Shown one piece after another: positions 14,071 to 26,860 of a DNA stretch of 64,000 nt (position 1 is its first letter; each line of letters starts with the position of its first letter). Made by a program: the position numbers and the translations under genes. Below the pieces are notes generated by a model, which saw nothing but the letters and a program-made list of their open reading frames with translations, was not told the origin of the DNA and did no database searches. The stretch comes from Octopus sinensis. Lineage: Eukaryota. The stretch covers positions 185,194,001-185,258,000 of the forward strand of contig NC_042998.1 in assembly GCF_006345805.1 (NCBI RefSeq). Direction: 5' to 3'.

Positions 14071-14637
14071 CTACCTACTCCAGTCATTTTTCTTTCTTAA
14101 CTAACGCTCAATGTCTGCTGACCCGAAGTGACCAGCAAGTTCTTTATTCTTGTAGTTATTTTTTCACTCAACCTGTTCACATATGTGCCGGAGCGTGTCA
14201 AGGACGTCAAAAGCAGAAAGCAATCGAATCAAAACATTTCCGGTAGCGTTCGTGTGATATTTGTCAAGTGGATAAACGACAAAGCTACACAGAATCCGAC
14301 CACTTCACTGCGATATCGTATTCGATATTCGTTGTAAGATGATCGGCCGTGAAGTTCCGGTGAAAAGAACTGCTGTTTGGTGGCGTTAGTGGTTGATGGA
14401 GCTAAACCCGTTTCGTTTCGCTACTACTCTCGTTTGTGCTTTAACAGAAAGGATGACATATGCTCTTCCGATCAGCAACATCGATACGAGTGTATGTTTG
14501 TGTAAATACATTCTGCCGCCTTCTGTTTTCTCATAAAATGATAATAACGCATATATATATGTATATAACTCCAGCTTTTATTCATTTTCACCGTCTGTTG
14601 CTGGTCTGAAATATTAAAGTTTTTGGCGTTTCCTATT
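14071..14637 (-). other. Candidate host-gene exon (long 5' UTR plus first codons M-T-G-V-G)
   Basis: Minus-strand acceptor gtctttccccCAG| at 14638-14650; AAAAATG at 14087; perfect donor AG|GTGAGT at 14071/14070; repeat-free, CpG-retaining sequence. Splice signals only, no homology evidence. Confidence 0.3.
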
Positions 14638-15099
14638 CTGGGGGAAAGACGCTTAATATAAAGTTTTGTATTGATATGAGAAATGAAAACGGGAGTTGAT
14701 ACATACATACATACATGCATACATACATACGTACATACATACAAATATGAATGCATGAATGTATGTATATGTATACACATACATACGCATATATATATAT
14801 ATTAGGGGAAAGAGTACACAAGCATACATACCGATATATATGTGTGTATGTGTGTGTAGAGAGAGAGAGAGAGAAAGAAAGACAGAGAGAATGAAGTTGT
14901 GTGTGTGTGTGTGTTGTGTGTGTGTGTGTGTGCGTGCGCACGCGCATGCTTGTGTACGTAAGTTGTTTAGATCTTTTGTTATTTTAAAATGTTGCAATTT
15001 TCGATACTCAAACACACACGTATTTATATATATATATATTAATATATATACAGTCATAGATTCATATATACACACGCACATACACACACATATATATAT

Positions 15100-15256
15100 G
15101 AGGCGGGATTCTTTCAGTTTCCGTCTCCCAAATTTTCACAAAGCTTTGGTCGGCCCGGGACTGTAATGGAAGACACTTACCCAAGATTCCAAGCAGTGGG
15201 ACTGAACCACTAACCATGTGAACCATTTGGTTTGGAAGTAAACTTCTTACTAACAG
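15100..15256 (-). mobile_element. Degenerate 5' fragment of SINE family A
   Basis: ctttcagtttccgtct...gacacttacccaag...cagtgggactgaacc matches family A. Confidence 0.75.
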
Positions 15257-15271
15257 ATTTATAGACATATA

Positions 15272-15990
15272 TTTATTTCCGTCATTGGTTTTAGTGGTGT
15301 TGATCCTAAAGCCAAATTCTCAAAGTATTCCATGTATATATTGGCTATTATCGGTGATAATGGCAAACCCAAAGCCAAACCCTCTTCTTGTCGATATATA
15401 TCAGTGTCCATACTGAATTAGGTAGTTTCTACACAGAAGTTCCACATTTCAATCAACTTTCTTATTGGTATACTAGTGCGTTCTTTTAGATGGGTGTATG
15501 TCATTAGTTTTTCTTGAATCACCGATAGTTCTTCACAAGTTGGGACTTATCACATCTAGAATCATCATCTGGTTGGATTCAATGGGGGTATCCTTGATGA
15601 ATTTTGTGAAGTGAGTGGAATTCTTCACGTACGATGTTGACTTTCCTGCTAATGGACTGATTATGTCCACAAGGAAGCGGCTCAGTGGATGACATGCTGA
15701 ACCTCTACAGCTTACTATAGGTCTTAATGGAATACCATCCTTGTGAATCTCAGGAAGACCGTACATGTGTGGTAGTTTACTGTAGTGTTGAATCAGTTGT
15801 CTGTACTTCATTGGTGTAAAGCGATCCTTGTTTTCAATTAAGATCTGTGACAGATTCCTCTCTGTTTTCAGAGTTGGGTCTTTCTTTTCTTCGCTGTAGC
15901 TACCATCACTTATAAGACTTGCCAATTTTTCAAAATAGTCAGACTTGTTCATTACCACTGTAGCATTTCCCTTGTCCACTGGAAGTATTA
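15272..15990 (-). mobile_element. Penelope-like element (PLE) reverse transcriptase fragment with an internal deletion
   Basis: ORF 15533..15979: DKGNATVVM, YGLPEIHKDGIPLRPIVS, YVKNSTHF; in another frame YRQEEGLALGLPLSPIIANIYMEYFE (about 15290-15395). These are characteristic PLE RT motifs. Confidence 0.92.
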
Positions 15991-16064
15991 TGATGGAATT
16001 ATCACTCTGTAGTCTAACTTTTCCAAAATTTCGGGCCTTGTGCCTAGAATAGAAAAGAATAAAT

Positions 16065-16840
16065 ATTTATTTCAAAGTTTGGCCCCAGGCCAGTAATTTT
16101 GGGGCAGTGGGCAAGTCGATTACACGACCTCAGCGTTCAACTGGTACTTATTTTATCGACCGCGAAAAAGATGAAGAGCAAAGTCGGATTTTAAACACAG
16201 AACGTGAAGACAGACTAAATTCCACTAAGCATTTTGCCAAGTGTGCAAAATATTCTGCCAGCTCGCTGCCCTGATACCGTTAATAAATATTATTTTTTTT
16301 ACTCTTTCCAGCTGCTAAAAGTTTTCTTTTTTCTTTCATTGGTCTTTTCCCAGTTTTTGAATGCACTGCGCGCGTGCACGCACACATCTTCACACGCGCG
16401 CGCGCACAAATATTCCAATATCACAGCATGATAATAAATGCAGTGAGCTGGCAGAATCGTTAGCACGCCGCGCGAAATGCTTATCGGTATTTCGTCTGCC
16501 GTTACGTTCTGAGTTCAAATTCCGACGAGATCGACTTTGCCTTTCATTCTTTTGGAGTCGATAAATTAAGTACCAGTTGCGTACTAGGGCCGGTCTAATC
16601 GACTGACCCTCTCCCCCAAAAGTTCGGGTCTTATGCCTTAGAGAAAAAAGAATCGTTAACACACCAGGCAAAATGCTTAGCAACATTTCTTCTATCTTTA
16701 AGTTCTGAGTTCAAATGCTGCCGGTATCGACTTTGCCTATCAATGTCGATAAAATAGGTACCAATTGAACACTGGGGTCGATGTAATCGACTCACTCCCT
16801 CCTCCGAAATTGCTGAACTTGTGCGAAAATTTGAAATCAA
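16065..16840. mobile_element. Cluster of three degenerate SINE B copies (about 16065-16270 minus, 16440-16640 plus, 16665-16840 plus)
   Basis: Recurrent agctggcagaatcgttagc head, gagttcaaat B box and cgactttgcctttc core. Confidence 0.75.
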
Positions 16841-17035
16841 TATCACAATATGATAATAATTGTAGAATATACTTTATAGTAAAAGCCAAACTCCGTCTAT
16901 TCTAGTTGGCCATCCTGTTTAAATTCCCGGTTGAATTTCGAAAATATCTTGAGAAGAAGCATGAAATTCACGGATTCCTATTAACATCCATTTAAAAATA
17001 CAGGACATTTGTATCAAGAGTAACATAGTCAATAA

Positions 17036-17414
17036 TTCTTTTTCTACTTTTGGCACAAGGCCCGGAATTTTGGGGGAGGGGTAAGTCGATTAGATCGACC
17101 CCAATACGTAAATGGTACTTAATTTATCGACCCCGAAAGGATGAAAGGCAAAGTCGACCTCAGCAGAATTTGAACTCAGAAAAGACAGATGAAATACCTA
17201 TTTCTTTACAACCCACAAGAGGCTAAACACAGAGAGGACAACAAGGCCAGACAAACGGATTAAGTCCAGTGCGTAACTAGTACTTATTTAATCGACCCCG
17301 AAAGGATGAAAGGCAAAGTCGACCTCGGTGGAATTTGAACTCAGAACGTAACGGCAGACGAAATACGGCTACGCAATTCGTCCCGCGTGCTAACGGTTCT
17401 GCCAGCTTGCCGCC
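17036..17414 (-). mobile_element. SINE B dimer (full unit with young tail plus head-truncated unit with old tail)
   Basis: Minus strand ggcggcaagctggcagaaccgttagcacg...cttgtgggttgtaaagaaatagg|tatttcatctg...; junction at 17191-17204. Confidence 0.85.
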
Positions 17415-18698
17415 TTAGTAACATAGTCACTAATTTTTGTACCATTAATAATAAACTTGGATGTGGTACTCACAAAATGGAACTAAAAAGAAAATGCGAT
17501 AACTACGGATAATAGATGGCTATTAAGAGAGAGTGTGTGTAAGAGAGAAAAAAAAAGAAAAACGATAAAAATTGATTTACGCTGCCTCCAACAGAGAAGG
17601 AGAGTAAAAGGGAGAAAAGGATGAGAAAACGTTGTTGAGAGAGGGATGAGAAAGCAAAAAAAAAAAAAAAAGAAAAGAAAAAAGATAGACAGCAGGAGGT
17701 AAGAACAGGTGCTATTGCCGGCAGTGTGGGGAAAATAAAAGGACAGAAGCTACTGCGGAAAGAGATACAATGAGCAGACAACAGTGCTGTCACGTGACCA
17801 GACGGAAAACGCAGGCGACATAGCACATGACCAACGGACAAAAGAAGGAAACAAAAAGTAATTTTATTAATATCATAGTCGTTAATTTTATTAATATCAT
17901 GGCCGTTAATTTGATTTTAATGTTAATGATATATTAAATAGATTTGAATATAAAATATATTGGGAATGAAGAAAACTACTGTTGCTTCATTGTTGACTGG
18001 GCTGCGTAATAATTCCCTAAATCCCTAAATTTAATTCACTATAATTATTGATATTTATTTTACTTGTCACAAAGACTTGTTTGTTAAGGAAAATATAAAG
18101 TTTGACATTTATGACTTTCATAATGTCATTTGCATCACTTATAAACAAATATTATTAACAAATATTATTTTAGATTGATTAAAAGTTGGCTACAAAGATG
18201 TAGGAAAAGGGTATAGTTAATTGATTGAAATCAATGCATATTTGATATATATTCTATTGACCCTTGATGTCAGTGGAAGGCAAGGCCCACCTCACTCAAA
18301 TTCGATCTCAGAATATGGGGAGACAAAACTTAATTCTATATTTTCCGCCAGTCCATCTTCACAAAGTCAGAAATTTGTAGAAGAGTAGTAGAGTCGATTT
18401 AATTTACTTCAGTATGTATCCGATACGTTTTAATTGAACATGAAGGGATGAAAGGTAAAATTTATTCCGGAAAGGATTGAACTCGAAAGACAAGGGACCA
18501 AACTAAATACCACAAGGTACCCTCCCACTGTCCCATTTCCACCAGCTTCCACCAGCTTATAGCTCCTTCAAATCTATGATACAAAATCAGAAACTCTTGG
18601 CCGAGTTCGGATCAGAATTGATAAAATCGATTCCAGTATTTCACTATTTCTAATCCAAAGATAAACAACTTATAAAAGTTAGTTTATAACCTTTCTGC

Positions 18699-19132
18699 GG
18701 ATCTTTTCGGTTTGAACGGCAGTTTTTTTCTAGCGGTGTCATATGAAATTGTCACCCATAATTATGTCCCTAGTATCGATCTATTGCATTTCAATCTGTT
18801 TTAGGGTTAGGGTTAGTTAGGGTTAGGGTTAGGGGTGGGGAGAAGGGTATCTTTTTTCTTCAGAAATGTAAATAAGCTCAATCTGTTTCTTAAACGAGGG
18901 ATATATTCATACGCCACAGAATGTTTTCACCTCAAATAGACGTCATTGATTGGTTGAAATTGCAGAAATTGAAGAAAAATAACAACAAATATCTTACAAA
19001 CTATAGAATTTTCTCAATAAAGCCAAGAGAAAAAGATGTTTTATAAACACATTCTACCAGTATACGAAGTTTAAAAGTGTTTAGTTACGTGGAAATTATT
19101 TTAAAAAACTGCCGTTCAAACCGAAAAGATCC
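18699..19132 (+). mobile_element. MITE family M copy 1 (29-bp TIRs, 8-bp TSD, internal TTAGGG repeats; Merlin-like)
   Basis: TIR ggatcttttcggtttgaacggcagttttt ... aaaaactgccgttcaaaccgaaaagatcc; TSD ctttctgc/ctttttgc; TTAGGG x5 at 18801-18835. Confidence 0.92.
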
Positions 19133-19755
19133 CTTTTTGCATTATGTAGCCACAGACCTCAAATTTACAGGCGTTTGATACAATCATTTAAATTGACTCC
19201 AGAACCTGAGTGTTACGTATTTCATCACCGCCTGAAAAACGAAAGACGAATTCAAATTCGATGTCATTCACATAGAGAACATAAAGGGAAATAACTAAAT
19301 ATAAAAGAAGCATTGCCGTTTTTGCCAATCCCCTGTCCTTCCTAAACCAAATATTAGCGCTTAAAATATAATACAATCAAAACAATTCGAAACAATTTGC
19401 TTTCCAAATATTCAATATTAACTTTACCCAAACAAACCGTTGCACTACAATAGTCAAGTTAACACCATTTTGGAATTAATATCGTGCAACTGTGAAACAC
19501 CATCACAAAAAAAAAAAAGAAGAAAAGAAAAATTAGAAGCTATTAATAACGTTATTCAGTTCCTTCAGCTCAATAAAGAAAATCGAAAAAAGAAATATAT
19601 GTAATAACTTGAAGTATTTGGCTGTTCGATGAAGGAGCTGTTCAAAATTTAGTCTCGAATTAATCTCATGACATAACTTCTCAGTTTTTATACTAAAATG
19701 TAAATGTAGTTTTACTCACTTAACAAGCAATGGTAGGAATACTTGTATATCTATC

Positions 19756-20202
19756 GGATATTTTCGGTTTGACCGGCAGTTTTTTCTAGCGGTGTCATAT
19801 GAAATTGTCACCCATAATTATGACCCTAGTATCGATCTATTGCATTTCAATCTGTTTTAGGGTTAGTGTTAGAGTTAGGGTTAGTTAGGGTTAGGGTTAG
19901 GGCTAGGGGTGGGGGAAGGGTATCTTTTTTTCTTCACAAATGTAAATAAACCCAATCTGTTTCTTAAACGAGGGAATATTAATACGACACAGAATGTTTT
20001 CACCTCAATAGACGTCATTGATTGGTTGAAATTACAGAAACTGAAGAAAAAAACCCAAATATCTTAGAAACTATAGAATTTTCTCAATAAAGCCAAGAGA
20101 AAAAGATGTTTTATAAACACATTCTACCAGTATACAAAGTTTAAAAGTGTTTAGATACGTGGAAATTATTTTTAAAAACTGCCGGTCAAACCGAAAAGAT
20201 CC
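19756..20202 (+). mobile_element. MITE family M copy 2
   Basis: Same TIRs (gacc variant on both ends); perfect TSD tatctatc at 19748-19755 and 20203-20210. Confidence 0.92.
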
Positions 20203-20930
20203 TATCTATCTTTCAACAATAACTCCACATCGGTCCGTCAGCCATAATTTTTGCAGGCTCTCCTGGCCTGCTGAACTTAAAAGGTTGATACTCAGTTTCT
20301 TAGATTAGTGCCTGAGGCCAAAATATTGTAAACAAGGTGAGAATTTGGAGGGTATAAGACAATGTAGAGATAATGAGAGGAACAGAGACGAATATATCTG
20401 AAGAGCTTGGAAGGTGGTGGTACACGGATTGCCAGTTCACAAGAAGCTACTATAGAGAAAATTGTGTCTGTAAGCTAAAGCCTAAATCTAAAGCTAAAGA
20501 AATATGCTTTAGCTAAAGCTAAAGCATATTTCAGAATAAGTTCTTCCCCATCCCTTTATCATTCTTGTAGGGGATGCACCAGGAATTCGATGCAACCGAA
20601 TCTTCGGTGATGAAACTGTGCAAATGCTTAAAAGTGACCTAAATAGTTTGTACTGTTCTTTAGCTAATTGTTTCAGATGCCTATGTAGTTGCCAGAAAAC
20701 ATATTCCCTCGGCCCTTCAACCCTTCATCCATCGAAGATGCGATAGCTGGAAGAAGAAGAGGAGGCGCTGCACCAGCACGCGGCTAATACTCGTTGTCAG
20801 TTAAGTACACCGGAACAACGTGAGGGGATATAATCGTTAGAGGGGGCCAACAGTGGGTTCATAAGAGAAGCAGACAAAATGTCATGCAATATTAAGTGAT
20901 ATTCCTTTACTTGTGATGTTTACTTTGCCT

Positions 20931-21378
20931 GGATCTTTTCGGTTTGAACGGCAGTTTTTAAAAATAATTTCCACGTAACTAAACACTTTTAAACTTCGTA
21001 TACTGGTAGAATGTGTTTATAAAACATCTTTTTTCTCTTGGCTTTATTGAGAAAACTCTATAGTTTGTAAGATATTTGTTGTTTTTCTTCAATTTCTGCA
21101 ATTTCAATCAATCAATGACGTCTATTGAGGTGAAAGCATTCTGTGGCGTATGAATATGTCCCTCGTTTAAGAAACAGATTGGGTTTATTTACATTTCTGA
21201 AGAAAAAAAGATACCCTTCCCCCCACCCCTAACCCTAACCAACCCTAACTAACCCTAACTATAACCCTAACCCTAAAATAGATTGAAATGCAATAGATCG
21301 ATACTAGGGTCATAAATTATGGGTAACAATTTCATATGACACTGCTAGAAAAAACTGCCGTTCAAACCGAAAAGATCC
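20931..21378 (-). mobile_element. MITE family M copy 3 (inverted)
   Basis: Same TIRs; perfect TSD ctttgcct at 20923-20930 and 21379-21386; (CCCTAA)n inside. Confidence 0.92.
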
Positions 21379-21715
21379 CTTTGCCTTTCATTCAATATTG
21401 GTCCAGTAAGCGAGTTGACTAAATTTAAAATACCCACCACCAAATGTAGTGCATTGTACCTATGTTAGAAATCTGTATAAGTCTATAAATAATGAACTAC
21501 TTCCTTGAACTAAGAGACAGGTTCAATATTTTGCGGGTAAGGTAAAATAGAATGAATTTAATGACATTTTTTATATTCTTTTATCGATCATTGAGGACTG
21601 GAATACTAAGTCGCTTTCGTTGGTACATAAAGTTTGCAGGAAAAGAGGTTTGAATTAAATAGTGTACGTATTGTGGTCTGGTGGTTTATCATTCTAACTC
21701 AGACCCTCTCATACT

Positions 21716-22064
21716 CATTTACTTGTTTCAGTCATTCGACCCCACGACTTATTCTTTGTAAGCCTAGTACTTAGTATATCGGACTCTTTTGTCGAACCGC
21801 TAAGTTACGGGGACGTAAACACACCAGCATCGGTTGTCAAGCGATGTTGGGGGGGATAAACACAACACACAAACATACACATATATATATATACATATAT
21901 ACGACGGGCTTCTTTCAGTTTCCGTCTACCAAATCCACTCACAAGGATTTGGTCGACCCGAGACTATAGTAGAAGACACTTGCCCAAGGTGACACGCAGT
22001 GGGACTGAACCCGGAACCATGTGGTTCGTAAGCAAGCTACTTACCACTCAACCACTCCTACGCA
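21716..22064 (-). mobile_element. tRNA-derived SINE family A (internally deleted near the tail)
   Basis: Matches the 22450-22836 copy along most of its length. Confidence 0.9.
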
Positions 22065-22105
22065 TCTATGTGTATAAATAATTTTAAATTCAGATTAACG
22101 TGTAA

Positions 22106-22325
22106 GGCGGCAAGCTGGTAGAGAGAATCCTTAGCACGGCGGACAAAATGCTTAGTAGCAACTTTTCCAGTATTTACGTTCTGAGTTCAAATTCGCCACA
22201 GTCAACTTTGCCTTTCGGGTCGATAAAATAAAGTACCAGTTAAGATCTGAGGCCGATGTAACCGACTTCCCCTCCCCCCCCCCCCCCACCAAAATTGCTG
22301 ATCTCATGCCAAAATTAGAAAGAAT
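22106..22325 (+). mobile_element. SINE B, old tail type, degenerate
   Basis: ggcggcaagctgg head, gagttcaaatt B box, ccccaccaaaattgctgatctcatgccaaaattagaa tail. Confidence 0.8.
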
Positions 22326-22449
22326 CTTAGATAAACGAGTAGCAGATATGTAAACTACTGTACAACGATAAACGAAAGTGCTTGAGAGATTTGACGCTAG
22401 CAGACTTATTCTGGTCGTAATTTATCAGTCTTTACTTTACTTTACTTTA

Positions 22450-22836
22450 CTTACTTGTTTCAGTCATTTGACTGCGGCCATGCTGGAGCACCGCCTTTAG
22501 TCGAGCAAATCAACCCCGGGACTTATTCTTTGTAAGCCCAGCACTTATTCTATCGGTCTCTTTTGCCGAACCGCTAAGTGACGGGGACGTAAACACACCA
22601 GCATCGGTTGTCAAGCAATGCTAGGGGGACAAACACAGACATACAAACACACACACATATATATATATATATACGACAGGCTTCTTTCAGTTTCCGTCTA
22701 CCAAATCCACTCACAAGGCATTGGTCGGCCCGGGGCTATAGTAGAAGACACTTGCCCAAGATGCCACGCAGTGGGACTGAACCCGGAACCATGTGGTTGG
22801 TTAGCAAGCTACTTACCACACAGCCACTCCTGCGCC
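22450..22836 (-). mobile_element. tRNA-derived SINE family A, full length
   Basis: Minus strand begins ggcgcaggagtggctgtgtggtaagtagc (A box) ... gggttcagtccc (B box), then ccttgggcaagtg-type core, an internal (TA/CA) microsatellite and a tail ending gactgaaacaagtaa. Confidence 0.93.
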
Positions 22837-23119
22837 TATAAACTTTGTCACAGTAAAAGTGTCTATCTTGCACCAATTCACTGAAGCTGTAAGCTCTTTG
22901 TTACTTCTGTTTCATCGTTCATTCTGGCGTCAAATCTACACAGCTTCATAACCATTAAAGTTAGCCGTCCTTTGTCAACCGGTTTCAGCTTAATCTTTTT
23001 AACGACACCCAAAGTTAGCTCATCCTTGAGACGGAGCAAAAAAAAGTCAACATCTCAAATTTTAACTATTTTCTACCCAGAAGACAAAACGGTTAGAGAA
23101 ACGATAGCGACGACATTGT

Positions 23120-23185
23120 TGTTGATGATAATAATGATAATGAGGAGGAGGAGGAGGAGGAGGAGGAGGAGGAACGATGGTGAAC

Positions 23186-23219
<34 letters not shown>

Positions 23220-23239
23220 GATGATGAACGATGATGAAC

Positions 23240-23270
<31 letters not shown>

Positions 23271-23560
23271 TTGATGATGATGAACGATGATGATGAACGA
23301 TGATGATGATGATGATTATGATGATGATGATGATGATGAACTATGATGATGATGAACGATGATGATGATGATGATGATGATAATGATGATGGTGATGATG
23401 ATGATGAACGATGATGATGATGATGAACGATGACGACGACGATGATGATGATGATGATGACGACGACGACGACGATGATGATGATGATGATGATTATGAT
23501 GATGACGACGACGACGACGATGATGATGATGATGATGATGATGACGACGACGAGGAGTTA
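23120..23560. repeat. (GAG)n/(GAT)n/(GAC)n trinucleotide array with a gaac variant
   Basis: Directly visible. Confidence 0.95.
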
Positions 23561-23884
23561 TGATGGTGTTAACGAGGAGGATTATCATCATTTCCAGTAG
23601 CGACAGTATCACCATCGTACTAGTCTTCCTTCTCCACCTCACCATCGTCATATTTGTTTGATTTTCATGGTTTTATATCAGGAGGCAAAGCCCCGGACCC
23701 TATACATTACACTCGTAGATCATTTGACTCTGTGATATTATTACTGCGGTGATGTTCAGATTGAACAACTGTAAGTTGGCGTTTGTATAAAAAAAAACGT
23801 GGGTGGGAAGAGGACTCTGGAAGGTTATGTCCTCTACAATGCGGCGCTGAGACGGGTCGTAGAATTCATTATCATAATTCTCGT

Positions 23885-24005
23885 CGTCGTCATCATCATC
23901 CTTGACACCATCATCATAAGCATCATCATAAACATCATCATAAACATCATGATAAACATCATCATAAACATCATCATAAACATCATCATAAACATCATCG
24001 TCACT
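23885..24005. repeat. 12-bp minisatellite (catcatcataaa)n
   Basis: Directly visible. Confidence 0.9.
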
Positions 24006-24089
24006 AACATATCCGTCACGATTGCTGCCATAGTTTCTCTCTTTAGTCATATTTTTAGCTTTGGTGTTTTACATTTTCTATTAATCTTT

Positions 24090-24233
24090 GTCTTCCTCCT
24101 TCCCTCTCCCTTCCTCTGCCTCTCTCTCTTTCTCTTTCTCTCTGTCTCTCTCTCTCAACGTTTCTGCCTTTCTTTCCCTTTCTCAATTCTTTCCTTCTTT
24201 ACGTTTCCCTCTCTTTCTCTTTGTCTGTCTGTT

Positions 24234-24272
<39 letters not shown>

Positions 24273-24470
24273 TTCTCTCTCTCTCACTCTCTCAACGTTT
24301 CTGCCTTTCTTTCCCTTTCTCAATTCTTTCCTTCTTTATGTTTCCCTCCCTTTCTCTCTGTCTGTCTGTTTCTTTCTCTCTCTCTCTCTCTCTCACTTTC
24401 TCTCTCTCTCCCTCTTTCTCTCTCTCCTCTCTCACTTTCTCTCTCTCTTCTCTCTCTCTCTCTTTCCCAT
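24090..24470. repeat. CT-rich tract with a ~140-bp tandem duplication
   Basis: ctctcaacgtttctgcctttctttccctttctcaattctttcc occurs at about 24150 and 24290. Confidence 0.85.
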
Positions 24471-24979
24471 ATTTTTGCTCCCACTCAATTACGGGCCCAT
24501 CACGTCTTTCTCAATGAAATCAAGCCATTTTTCGCTAACCAGAAACGTCTTTTTTTTTCTCTTTCTCTTTATATCCTTCTCTATTTCTCTTTACCACTAA
24601 CTAAATCTCCACCTACCTGTTTATCTCTCACTCTCTCCCCTTATACCTACCCATCTCTCCCTCTTTCTCTCTGTTTCCCTCCTTCTCTTCCTCACACTTT
24701 CGCCAACATACACTCAGCTCACCACCCATGCAACTAACTTTTGTTGGAGAAAGCTGGAAAGCAGGAAAACATAAGTACTCTGGTAACCAACGAGCAGGGT
24801 GAGATAGTGTAGAAAACAAACATAAAGAAGCGGGTGGGTGGTTTGAAAGGTCACAGGTTAGACATGAACAATGAATGGAGCGGAATAAATCATTTATCGA
24901 TGGTAAAACTAAACATTGCCTACTGAGGTGTGAAAACGATAGATGGCCATATGCAAAGGATGGAGAATCAACCGTTGAA

Positions 24980-24980
24980 A

Positions 24981-25061
<81 letters not shown>

Positions 25062-25164
25062 TATATACATGAATGAGTGTGTGCATATACGTGTGTACAT
25101 GTGTAAGTATATGTGTATATTATTCATATATATATGCGTGTATATATGTATATATAATATATGT

Positions 25165-25208
<44 letters not shown>

Positions 25209-25245
25209 ATATACATGTATTATGTGTGAATATATATATATATAG

Positions 25246-25307
<62 letters not shown>

Positions 25308-25348
25308 TATATATGTATGTATGTATGCATATATATATGTATTATGTG

Positions 25349-25396
<48 letters not shown>

Positions 25397-25459
25397 CACA
25401 CACACACGCGCGCATTTAGCGTGATAAACAGATGGCGATATGTGTGTGTGTGTGTGTAT

Positions 25460-25552
<93 letters not shown>

Positions 25553-25610
25553 CATATACATATATACATACACACATACTCACACATACATACATGCATA
25601 TATGTGTATG

Positions 25611-25647
<37 letters not shown>

Positions 25648-25664
25648 ATACATATATATATACG

Positions 25665-25744
<80 letters not shown>

Positions 25745-26290
25745 GTTTGCATATGTCTAAACATATATACACATGCACACATACACACATTGCACAGTTA
25801 CACACACACACAGACATTGCACAGTTATACACACACATAATGTTAATTATATGTATGGTTATGTATGGTGCATGCATACAATATGTATCTGTATGTATGT
25901 TTCCAGACATGCAAGCTGTGCGTGCATTTATGATTCTGCACATTTGCATGTATATGAGTGTTTATGTTATACGTGTGCGAGTGTATGTATGTATGTACGT
26001 ATGTATATATGTATGTATTGTATGTATGTATGTATGTATGTATGTATGTATGTACGTACGTATGTATGTATGTATGTATGTATGTACGTACGTATGTATG
26101 TATGTATGTATGTATGTATGTATGTATGTATGTATGTATGTATGTATGTATGTGTATGTACGTACGTATGTATGTATGTATGTATGTATGTATGTATGTA
26201 TGTATGTATGTATGTATGTATGTATGTATGTATGTATGTATGTATGTATGTATGTATGTATGTATGTATGTATGTATGTATGTATACGTG
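24980..26290. repeat. Long compound (TA)n/(TG)n/(TATG)n microsatellite block
   Basis: Directly visible. Confidence 0.95.
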
Positions 26291-26660
26291 TGCATGTATA
26301 AAGGATAGTGTTGAATTTAAACCCCTGCTCAACATGTAGGAGTCTTTCAATCGTTGCTTGGCAACGGTAATAAGTTATTACAATGAGGTTTGGAAGGTGT
26401 TTGGTTAGCGAAACTCCTAAAATACCCAACAAGCCAGTGACCATATCTTACTGTTGTTTGTTTTTATGACCCCCCCTCAATAAACGTTTACCGATCGATC
26501 CTTGTGAAACAGTAAACCTAAACTTAAGCATGCTGTTGTTTCTATTCCCTTAATTCCCCCCCCCTCACCGACGCATCTGGAAACACGAACGTTACAACTT
26601 GATCTGTGTGTGTGTGTGTGTGTGTTTTGCTAGTAAGAATCTATTATTTAGAATACACGA

Positions 26661-26860
26661 GGCGGTGAGTTGGCAGGATCATTAAACGCGTCGGACAAAA
26701 TGCTTAGCGGTATTTCGTCTGTCTTTGCCTTCTGAAGTCAAATTCCGCTGATGTCGATTTTGTCTTTCGTTTTTTTCTGGATCGATGAAATAAGTACCCA
26801 CTGAAAACTGAGGCCGATGTAATCGACTAGCCCCTACCCCTAAATTCCATGCATCGTACC
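26661..26860 (+). mobile_element. SINE B, old tail type, degenerate
   Basis: ggcggtgagttggcagga head and core motif. Confidence 0.75.

Noticed and set aside
18801-18840. TTAGGG repeats as a true telomere or chromosome-fusion scar
   Set aside because: They are short, interrupted and internal to a TIR element in all four occurrences.
23799-24737. 312-aa ORF
   Set aside because: It is composed of a 12-bp minisatellite and (CT)n tracts; no domain-like segment.
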